A DNA stretch of 48,901 nucleotides, the filler included, from Catajapyx aquilonaris (Eukaryota): NCBI GenBank assembly GCA_000934665.2. It is 2 parts of 2 records of this genome, joined end to end, with 100 filler letters (N's around TTAATTAATTAA, not from the genome) between each part and the next. Parts side by side here need not be neighbours in the genome. Positions count along the whole stretch, not along the records: positions 24,496 to 48,901 come from JYFJ02005516.1; 1 more part is not named here. One strand, given 5' to 3'. Shown here piece after piece: positions 39,784 through 48,901 of the stretch. The notes below the pieces were generated by a model. That model ran no database searches. It saw nothing but the letters and a program-made list of their open reading frames with translations, and was not told the DNA's origin. A program made the translations under genes and the position numbers. Within the stretch, counting starts at the first letter, position 1. Each line of letters begins with the position of its first letter.

Positions 39784-41212
39784 AATTGACCAATTTCCAG
39801 ATGCGCACCTCTAGCGGCCAATTTCGGCCTGCCATCGTTATGAGAGCAGAGGCAGGACTTTCCTATCCCTGCCCACGTTAAATGGCCTCTGCTTGTTCAC
39901 GTCTGGGGGTCTGGCCCCGGGGCAGATCTTGTTGACATTTTTTTGTGGAGTGGGGAGGTTCCTGGCCTGCCCTCACCAGGTTCCAAAAGTTAATTGGCCC
40001 CCAGGCGGACTGCCCCCGGAGTGATTTCGTGAACATGCGAGTTTCTCAATACTATCCGGCCTTTCATTGTCTGCGTCTTATGTTTGGCCCCGGGGCAGAT
40101 CTTGCTGGTAAATTTTTTTGGATGGACCAGACACTGAACCTTCCCTTACCCGGTGGCTGAAACTGCCCCTGGAGTTATTTTGTGAGCGCTGACCGCGCTG
40201 TTCTCATTATTATCCGCCCTTTGTCCGCGTTTGGTAGTTTAGCCCCGCGTAGATCTTGCTGAGAATTTTTTAAATGGTTCCACTAATTTCATAAATTACA
40301 GTGTCACATTTTAGACTCCCAGCATAACAGAACTGCTGCAAGAATATGCACACATGCCGTATAGATACGTATCGCAAACATTTAGATTTTAGAAGGAATG
40401 ACAAGACTTTTAAAAAAATTAATGAGCAAGCTACAAACTTACACACACATGGTCAAAAGTAAGGTCCATAATCAAATGGGTTCGTGCTCAACAGATCTGC
40501 CCCGGGGCCAAACCACCAAACGCAGACAATAAGAGGGCAGATTTTTTATTATTTTTTTTTTATTATTATTATTTTACGTTACCCCGTGCTAGGGCCATGG
40601 GCCCTTTTAGGGGGGTGGGATACCACCATTTGCTTTAATTTTCGATTTTTTTCTTCTTCACTCTGGTGCAAGGATGAAAGAACATGGGGAAGGGATAGGG
40701 AATTTTTGGGGAGGGAACATGGGTGCAAGAGGGCAGATATAATAACGAGAAAAGCGCGGCCACCACTCACAAAAATAACTCCGAGGGCAGTTCACCTCAG
40801 TGCCGAGTCACTTCTGGCTCCTGGTAAGGGAAGGTTCGGTCCCTGGTCACTCAAAAAATATATATATACCAGCAAGATCTGCCCCGGGGCCAAACTATAA
40901 GACGCGGACAATGAGTGGCAGAATAGTAATGAGAAAAGAGCAATCACAATTCACAAAATAACTCCGGGGGCAGTCCACCCGGGGGCCAATTAACTTTTGG
41001 AACCTGGTGAGGGCAGGCCAGGAACCTCCTCACTCCAGAAAAAAACATGTCAACAAGATCTGCCCCGGGGCCAGACCACCAGACGCGAGCAAGCAGAGGC
41101 CATTTAACATGGGCAGGGATAGGAAAGTCCCGCCTCTGCTATCATAACGCCGCCATTTTGATGGCAGGCCAAAATTGGCCGCGAGAGGTGCGCATCTGGA
41201 AATTGGTCAATT
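39784..41212. mobile_element. About 1.4-kb foldback element with long, internally repetitive TIRs
   Basis: Arms are reverse complements over several hundred bp; each arm has three copies of GGCCCCGGGGCAGATCT(T)G. Confidence 0.85.
40543..40726 (-). mobile_element. 5'-truncated SINE family A copy inserted into the right arm of the foldback element
   Basis: Tail TTACGTTACCCCGTG and body similar to the family A 3' half; 12-bp TSD AAGAGGGCAGAT. Confidence 0.8.
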
Positions 41213-41217
41213 GGTCA

Positions 41218-41382
41218 ATTTGGCGGTGCTACATCGTTCGCTATACGGCCATCTTGTCAAGGTGCAATCAACTGGTAGGTAGCGAGCGAGTCTGCCGATT
41301 GGCTACCACAGACTTACCACTTGAGTGCACCTTGACAAGATGGCGGTATATCAACCAATGTAGCGCCGCCAGCGCCAAATTT
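41218..41382. repeat. Imperfect inverted repeat or small MITE
   Basis: GCCATCTTGTCAAGGTGCA is inverted as TGCACCTTGACAAGATGGC, with longer imperfect arms. Confidence 0.7.
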
Positions 41383-42740
41383 CAGCCTGGCCCAGACACA
41401 GGAATAACCCACCGTAGCCATATGGCTACGGGGGGGAAGTGACAGGGGACTGAGCCAATCCGTCAAGACAACCTTTCAATACACTCCTTCCCTCCTGAAA
41501 TTACTAATTTCGTATTATGGTGTACCTGGATATGTGCAGCTGTCCTTCCTCAACAGTCGCTACCATGTTGACCCGCTGAAGTCAAGTGTCCTCGTTCCAA
41601 GACGATCTCCGGCGAACGGGAAGCATTTGGGCAAAGTAGACTAAAATGTGGCGATCCAACTTGCATGTACTGCACACAGCCAGACGATTTTTCCCACGTC
41701 CTCCACGGCAAACCTGCATAACAGGCAGCCAGCCCTGGCCTGGTGCTGGTTGGTACATAAGCAAGGCAGGTTCTGGACCGGGCGACCACCATATGACTCA
41801 TTTCGCGTCCAAGCTAAAAGAAAGAATTCACAATGCTGTAAATACACTTCATGTCCCGCAACTTTTCCCAGCAACTCCATGCGACTCATGCGTGTAGCAA
41901 GAGATTAATTTTCCCAACAGTGGTCTACAACAAATGCTTTCATGCCAAAGCCATGCCTGTATGGTGAAAGTGAGCCTGGAACCTGCCCCTGGGCAAGCCC
42001 TGGGCCCTCACCCTATCCTACACGAACCCAATCCTTGAGCCTGCCGACTAGGCTAGCTTCCCCCCCAAGTATTTCCCCGCCCAACCACCCTGTCGACCCT
42101 TCCCCCGTGTGCATCACACTTCTGCCTTACCGTCCCGTAGCCTGCGGGGCCGACTCAGGGGCCAATGTGGGGGGCAGCTGAACACCAGGGGCGGCACACG
42201 AAGGAGAAGCCGTCTAGAATCGAACAACGGAAGAGATGGAGAGCAGCGCCACGGAGACAAAGCGAGACGCCGGGGAACCCAAGTGGAGAAGAGTGGAAAT
42301 GCATAGTTCCCATTCCTCTCACTAGGTGCCAGGGAGAGTCTCCTTTTTTTGATCAAAGCCCGGTACTGTATTTCACAATTGGGAACTACTGTCCTCAAAC
42401 ACTTTCCTATGAAATTTTCCTAAGAAATTTTCCATGCCTTGCAATCCATACAATCTTGAATCAACGTTCAAGAATCAACGTGTTACAGTGAACATGTGCC
42501 TGTAAGTCCAGGTAGCAATCAAAATTTAATTACTGTACTGACATCTTCATAAAATTAACCTACAAGCACGGCTAGGCAGGGTTGTGAATCCGATAACATC
42601 GGAGCCACTCCGGAGCAGTAGAGCTGAGCCCGGAGCGAGCGTTGGAGCTTGCTTTGGGTTCGAGCCGGTTCGGGGGGAGAGTGGAGCTAAGGTCGGAGCG
42701 GTTCAGAGCTTTGTTAGGTCCAACATACCAACGCAATGGA

Positions 42741-43028
42741 TGGGGGGAAAGGCAGAAAAACCGCTGGAATTCCTCCAGCGTATGCGTCATGTTTTCATGG
42801 TTGGAGAATGACATTTCTAAGCACCCGCGATACAAGGTGTGCCGCATTGTGACATACAAAAAATGGGTATGACATATTGTAACATGAAAATGCGTATGAC
42901 GTAAAAATGTGACATTTGCGGTAGGCTACACCCTGTATCGCGGGTGCTTGGAAATGTCATTCTCCCACCATGAAAACATGACGCATACGCTGGAGTAAAT
43001 CCAGTGGTTTTTCTGCCTTCCCCCCCAC
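42741..43028. mobile_element. MITE-like inverted repeat (about 110-bp arms)
   Basis: CTCCAGCGTATGCGTCATGTTTTCATGGT..AGCACCCGCGATACA is inverted at about 42930-43028. Confidence 0.75.
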
Positions 43029-43199
43029 CCCTTTGGAGATAAAAAAGTGTTCTCTCAAAATAAGGTTGAAGACCACTGCATAAAGTCAAAAATCTCTCAC
43101 TTGTTTTGTTGCACGAATCCATATGTGCAATTTCCTCATGGTGGTACCCAGAATACAACACAATAAGAGCATTCCAGAGAGCAGAGATATAAATCAAAA

Positions 43200-43346
43200 A
43201 ATTGTTCCTCTGTTTACGGCACACTCTCCTCCTTGCTGATAACGGAATTGAGTGCTTCCTAACAGAGGTACTTAATCTTCCCCTCGGTTTATTGATATGG
43301 CACTAACAACCTTACGGAATGAGGCTGAAAGCGTGGCTGAGGGGTG
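43200..43346 (-). ncRNA. Box H/ACA snoRNA, SNORA65(U65)/snR34-like, copy 1
   Basis: Hairpin CCCCTC..GAGGGG, H box AGATTA, hairpin CCTCTG..CAGAGG with pocket TTAGGAA/GCCG, ACA 15 nt below the upper stem; lies just downstream of a GTGAGA donor. Confidence 0.8.
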
Positions 43347-44121
43347 AATTTGTGCAACTAATTCCTTATTTTTCCCCAAAATTGTGCAACACAGTGACCA
43401 AAAATGCAGCAAAACAATAAACAAACCACATCTCACCTGACAAACCATTCTTGAGTGAAGCATCCAAATGGCAGAACCTCAAGGACTTTCATAGGGCCCG
43501 TAGGATACAGCTGCATGAACTGGATGAAGTTGAACTATCTGCAACACAAGACATTCATTACAACTTGCTCCAAAATACCAATTTCAAGACACTCTAATTG
43601 CATCATCCATCATACAAGAAAATATGGACTGAGGTCGTGTAATTAGCGTGTATACTGAGACACGTAGAAATTCTAGGGCAAAAATATTCATGGCCGATTT
43701 GACGGGAAATTGATGAAGATCACAGACACACTCTTCAAGGAGCATTCCCATCTTGCAGAACCCCAGCGTTACTATTTACTAGGGACGGCCGTGACATGGC
43801 ACTAACGGATTTGGACAAAAATCACTCCGTGAGTAAATCACAAGTGTAGAATTCAGTGGTGAGCATAAACAGATGCATTATGCAGCCATTTTCGAGACAG
43901 ATCCCGCGTGCTAAAACTTCTTTGCGTCTTTTTGACACTTCGTGAGAAGTAAATCAATTAGGGAGTTTTCCGAAGTGTCAAAAAGGCACAAATAGGAATC
44001 ATTTTATTTCTCGCAAAGTAGCCCTACAACGATTTCAGAAAATTCGTCCGGCACGCTTCTCAAAAATGTTGTTCTGTCTATTTTAGCATAGTTCATAATT
44101 AAATCAGCCTACAGCCTTCTT

Positions 44122-44349
44122 CACATATTCGGCGGAAGGCTGCGCGGGCGGCAAGAGTGCGTGTGGGGGGTGTGGTTTGGGGCGCGGAACCTGAGCGGTG
44201 GCAATCGCAAAGTCCATCCAGTTGGACTTTGCGGATTCCCACCGCCGCACCACCGCCAAATTTGTGAATTGCCACCGCTCAAGTTCTGCTCACCAAGCCA
44301 CGCCCCAAACGCATTCTTGCTGCCCGCTCAGCCTTCCGCCGAATTTGTG
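44122..44349. repeat. GC-rich imperfect inverted repeat (MITE-like)
   Basis: TTCGGCGGAAGGCTG..GAGCGGTGGCAAT is inverted as ATTGCCACCGCTC..CAGCCTTCCGCCGAA. Confidence 0.7.
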
Positions 44350-44637
44350 TAGCACGCTTAACAGTTGGCTGGTAGTACTCGAATTTCAAGTTTTTAAGGC
44401 TGTCATTTTGGAAATTAATTTAGCCATTTGTAGAGTAGTAAAATTGTTCACAACCCATTAATAGTGATTTCCATTAATGGGTAAATATAGCTGTTATTAT
44501 TTGAACAATATCTGGTCTTCATATTCAAAGTAGGCATAAGTGGGAAACTAGATGTTTTTGGTCTAGCTGGTAGCGAAGGGGTTAAGAGTGATGGCACAAA
44601 TGAGCGAAGCATGTTCAAAATTATGTAACGAAGCTAT

Positions 44638-44785
44638 GTTCGTTCCACTGTTTACGGCACACTCGCATCCTTAGTTGTATTGAAATAGAGTGCTTCCTAA
44701 CAGAGGAATTTTATATCCCCCTTCAGTGTAATTATGAGACACTGAAAACCTTAAGGAAAGAGGTCATCAGCATGGTAAAGGGGTC
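44638..44785 (-). ncRNA. Box H/ACA snoRNA, SNORA65-like, copy 2 (subtype B; canonical ACA position reads ACG)
   Basis: H box ATATAA, 3' hairpin pocket TTAGGAA/GCCGTAAA intact, 5' pocket diverged. Confidence 0.65.
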
Positions 44786-45081
44786 ATTTCAAACTTTTGC
44801 ATGTAGATTTTTCTTAAAATTCGTCAAGTTATTTCAAATAATCTCACCAGACAAACCAGTCGTAAGTGACACATCCAGCTAGTTGCAACCGAATGCCCAT
44901 GTGCAGGAACCAACCAAATCTGAGGAGTTGAAAAAGTTGTGTTTCTTGTGTTGCCTGAAACAAAACAAAACGTTACTTCAAATCATCCATAACAAAAAAA
45001 TGTGTTAAATAGAGCAAGTGGCTGCTACTCATTCTGGTATGAAATGCAAACCAGAATGCATATCAATTGTGGCAAAGCAAT

Positions 45082-45228
45082 ATTTGTTCCACTGTTTACG
45101 GCACACCCGCATCCTTGGATATATCGGAATCGAGTGCTTCCTAACAGAGGTGTTTAATATTCCCCTCGGTTGTATCATGTGGCACTGACAACCTCATGGA
45201 ATGAGGCCGAAAGCGTGGCTGAGGGGTG
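45082..45228 (-). ncRNA. Box H/ACA snoRNA, SNORA65-like, copy 3
   Basis: Both hairpins, H box ATATTA, ACA box; inside intron 45311-44955 (GTGAGA..TTTCAG). Confidence 0.8.
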
Positions 45229-45590
45229 GCTTCAAGCAGTGACACATGCAGGGCTTTTCCCTGAAAACTTGTCTGTGCCTGTTACTTTGGTAGACAGAAA
45301 AAATATCTCACCCAACAATCTACTGCTAAGTCACACATTCAACCAGCGGCAATTTCCCATTATCCATCTGGGAGCATCCGCATAAATCTGAAGGGTTGGG
45401 AAAGATACATCTCTTGCACCACCTGTAACAGAAAAATCATTTATTAAAATTATTGCAAGGCAACAAAAATTCCTTCCCATCTGGGAGAAACATCTGGTGA
45501 TAACATCTTCGCAATTGAAGCACCGATAAGGCACAAATTTTATTCCACTGGCCATATCATTACTAAACATTCCATGCTTTCTCACCTAAT

Positions 45591-45953
45591 CGAAGTGTCA
45601 AAAAGCGGCAAATAAGTATTAATTTATTTCTCGCAAAGTATGACTATTTCAGCAAATTCGTCTCGCACGCTTCTCAAGGTTGTTGCTCCGTATATTTTAC
45701 CTATTTCACATTAAATGAGCCTTCCAGTTGGCCGGTAGTACTTCAATTTCTAGTTGTTAAGGCAGTCTTTTTGGAAATGAATTTTGGGACTTCAAGAGGA
45801 GTAAAATTGTTAGCTGTCATTATTTCACACAATATCTTGACTTTATCTTCAGAGTAGGCGTAAGTGGAAACCTAGGCGTTTTTGGCCTAGTTAGTAGCGA
45901 AGGGGTTAAAATGAGCACAAGTGAGTAAAGGTTGTTCAAAATTATGTAACGAA
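45591..45953 (+). repeat. Duplicate of 43971-44633, including a piggyBac-like end GTAGCGAAGGGG-TTAA
   Basis: Shared GAAGTGTCAAAAAG..TTTATTTCTCGCAAAGTA..GTAGCGAAGGGGTTAA..GTTCAAAATTATGTAACGAA. Confidence 0.8.
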
Positions 45954-46066
45954 TGTAGTTTCAAGCTCTTTTGACTTTAACGGCATTTGAAAATGGCAAA
46001 ATTTATCATTTCGGCCGCTACATGCAAGACCATTCAAGTCCCAGTTACCAAAGTTTTATCCTACAT

Positions 46067-46342
46067 AATTCATACCCCGTTATCAGCCTTTTTCGGCTCT
46101 TTAGGGGGGACGTTTGTTTTGCCTGGAACTCTGCTTTCATTTTACTGTGCTCTTTGGAATAGGATAGGGGCGAAAGGAAGCGGCTGTGGCCTATTAATTA
46201 TGGAAGCAACTCCAGAATTTTCCTGGAAGGACCGTGGGAAACCACAGAAAATCACGGTCAGAGTTTCCGGCCCCGGGATTTGATCCCTGGACCTCCCGAT
46301 TAGCAGTCGGACACCATATCCCCTCCTCCAAACTGCTTCGGT
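46067..46342 (-). mobile_element. tRNA-derived SINE, family C
   Basis: B-box-like GGATCAAATCCC on the minus strand, tail GGCTGATAACGGGGTA, perfect 15-bp TSD AGTTTTATCCTACAT. Confidence 0.8.
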
Positions 46343-47191
46343 AGTTTTATCCTACATGTATCATGTACATATTCTGATAGGCCATGATCTCTACTTTCAG
46401 GAAGTGAAAATCAGAACATCCTATCTTGAACAGACACCAAACAGTAGCCTTTTTTCAGAACCCTTCCAAATGCTCCTTTTCACTCACCGTGGTGAAGAAA
46501 AATGAGTATAAATCCAAGATGGTGGCAGATAAAAAATTAACAAAAATAGTTTCGAGCAAATCAATATCAAGGCTACCTACGGTGAAAATGTAAAAAATTA
46601 ACTAGATGGGCGAGCAACCACCCTGGCCCATTCACATGGAATGACTCAACGGCAATGAAACTGCAATTTTTTTTAGATGTGACGTACTGTATACCAGGCA
46701 AAACAGACTATTCCGCAAAATTGCTATTGTATGGACTGATTTTGCACCATAGTGAGATAAAGTAATTATATTTGCTTCCCCATTTGTCTCTCTTTCTCAT
46801 CAGCAAAATCTATCAGTAACATCCTTGACCTGAATATAGTGGAAACCTACCTATTATGGAAAAATTTTGGGGTCCCATGCAATTCCACAATACACAGGTT
46901 TCACTGTATTTTCCTTAAATTTGGAGAAGTTATCTAAAATTTAAATTGTAAAAAAAAAATCAGCGGGCAAGCCAGTGTCAAGTGACACATCCAACTAGCT
47001 GCTTTTGAATGCCCATGACATGTACAGAAAACAACTGTGAAAATGGCACGTCTCTTGTATTGCCTGAAACACAGCAAACATTACTTTAAATCATTCCATG
47101 ACAACAAAATTAGTTAAATTGAGAGTGATTGCTACTCATTCTGGCATAAAATGTTAGCCAGAATACTATTTCAATTACATGGCATAGCAAT

Positions 47192-47307
47192 GTTTGTTCC
47201 CCTGTTTACGGCACACCCGTATCCTTGATCAGAGGAATTTTATATCCCCCTCAGTTTAATTATGAGGCACTGACAACCATCAGGCTATCAGCTTGACAAA
47301 AGGGGTC
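47192..47307 (-). pseudogene. SNORA65-like snoRNA copy 4 (subtype B), internally deleted
   Basis: H box ATATAA and ACA are kept, but the TTAGGAAGCACTC arm of the 3' hairpin is missing. Confidence 0.65.
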
Positions 47308-47780
47308 AAGTCATGCAGTAACTTTTACATGTATATTTTCCTTAAAATTTAAGAAGTTATTTCAAATGATAAAGAAACATATCTCACCAGAGAAACCAGT
47401 CGTAGGTGACGCATCCAACCAGCTGCGATTGAATGCCCATGACTTGTGCAGGAAGCAACGGAATCTCAAGAGTTGAAAAGGAGGGAGTGATAGATAGGTA
47501 AAGTGAGACTTAATTTTTTACAGAGCGGATCAGCAAAATTGCACACACACACACACTCTCTGCAATTTCTGGAGTCCTTTTGTAGTGTGTAATGTGTTTG
47601 GGTTGAATTATCTTCAGTGGATTAACCAAGCCCAACGCACTGCTGGTGTTGCCTGAAACAAAACAAAATGTTACTTCAAATCGTCCATGTCAAAAAAAAT
47701 TGTTAAACCTAGCAAGTGACTGCTACTCATTCTGGCATGAAATGCAAACCAGAATCCCATATCAATTATGGCAAAGCAAT

Positions 47781-47927
47781 ATTTGTTCCCCTGTTTACGG
47801 CACACCCGCATCCTTGGATATATTGGAATCGAGTGCTTCCTAACAGAGGCGTTTAATCTTCCCCTCGGTTGTATGATCTGGCACTGACAACCTCATGGAA
47901 TGAGGCCAAAAGCGTGGCTGAGGGGTG
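47781..47927 (-). ncRNA. Box H/ACA snoRNA, SNORA65-like, copy 5
   Basis: Guides GCCAC/GCCAG (5' pocket) and TTAGGAA/GCCG (3' pocket), H box AGATTA, ACA; inside intron 48007-47653. Confidence 0.82.
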
Positions 47928-48349
47928 GCTTCAAGCAGTGACATTATTTTACGCAGGGCTTTTCCCTTAAAATTTGTTACTTAAGATAAACAGAAAAAAT
48001 ATCTCACCCAACAATTGACTGCTCAGTCACACATCCAACAAGCGACAATTGCCCATTATCCATCAGGCAGCATCCACATAAATCTGAAGGGTTGGGAAGG
48101 ATACATCTCTTGCACCACCTGTAACACAAAAATCATTTATTAAAATTAATCCAAGACGACAAAAATTCCTTCCCATCTGGGAGAAACATCTGGTCATAAC
48201 ATCTTCGCAATTGAAGCACCAATAAGGCAACAATTTTATTCCATTGGCCTAAACTAAATTTCATGTGTTCCCACCTAACCATAACAAGCTGAAATGTGAT
48301 GCTTGGTTCACCTTTGAAATTACAAGCATCTCCTTATCAGGAATGTGAA

Positions 48350-48540
48350 TGGCAGACAAGATGCTGTGTCCCGGAACTGCTTCACCCGCCTTATGATTGT
48401 CAGGTGGTCTGGGACTTTGTTCTCACGTCTAAGCCCAACATTGCGCCAAAAGATCCCTTGCACAGCTATGGTGGACTCATTACTTTAAAAATAAATCCCA
48501 ATGGCGAATGCACCGTGCTCTGCCGACCCCGACACCATTT
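48350..48540 (-). pseudogene. Tc1/mariner transposase N-terminal HTH (DUF4817-like) remnant
   Basis: AEHGAFAIGIYF*SNESTIAVQGIFWRNVGLRRENKVPDHLTIIRRVKQFRDTASC fits the EHRAFAVE.YF..ES....Q..F......VP...TI.RWV..FR.TGS pattern. Confidence 0.75.
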
Positions 48541-48663
48541 TTGGAAATGGCAAACCTTCCCCACTCCAGCACATGCCCATATACCCTGCATGCTCATACA
48601 GCACCACCGTACCACGTGATTCCAATCCTACCATACATTTTCTCCAACCCTGTACAAGGACCA

Positions 48664-48763
48664 ACAACATCGCAATTATACATATTATCCACAAAAAGGT
48701 AAGTACCTTTTCCCTTTTCCCTTTTTACCTTTTTGTGGATAATATGTATAATTGCGATGTTGT
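48664..48763. mobile_element. 100-bp hairpin mini-element
   Basis: Perfect 39-bp inverted arms, flanked by GACCA on both sides. Confidence 0.75.
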
Positions 48764-48901
48764 GACCAGCTGCCCGTCTGAACAGTCGCAAGTTCTGGGT
48801 GTTCCTGCTCCATCATGGCCAATACACCGTCGCCTGCGTTCAGCTGCTTACTAGTTCTTTACATTGTATGATTGTACGTTTTGTGTATATGTGTTCATAT
48901 C

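Noticed and set aside
43200..47927. CRISPR-like or pre-miRNA array
   Set aside because: The context is eukaryotic, the sequences between repeats are homologous to each other, and H and ACA boxes plus rRNA complementarity point to snoRNA.
43200..48120. Repeated protein-coding exons, or TAA/TAG reassignment, in the 445-bp modules
   Set aside because: All six frames have stops. The invariant TAG and TAA triplets fall in the snoRNA guide pocket, so RNA structure explains the conservation better.

Overview
Metazoan (probably arthropod) genomic DNA made of two pieces joined by an artificial 100-bp spacer (N44-TTAATTAATTAA-N44, 24396-24495). The left piece holds two convergent intron-containing genes: a complete 13-exon condensin subunit SMC4 (+, about 1285 aa) and a TMUB1/2-like transmembrane ubiquitin-like gene (-, about 324 aa), with many MITEs and tRNA-derived SINEs. 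The right piece is mostly decayed DNA-transposon sequence (PIF/Harbinger transposase and MADF, hAT, P-like, Sola-like, Academ-like, SWIM, mariner) plus foldback elements. The most notable signal, which the ORF track does not explain, is at 43.2-48.1 kb: five minus-strand box H/ACA snoRNA copies, each in an intron of an apparently non-coding multi-exon host gene. Their guide pockets match the 28S peptidyl-transferase-centre targets of SNORA65(U65)/snR34, and a second subtype has a rewritten 5' guide pocket. All family assignments come from motif recognition by eye; no database search was run.
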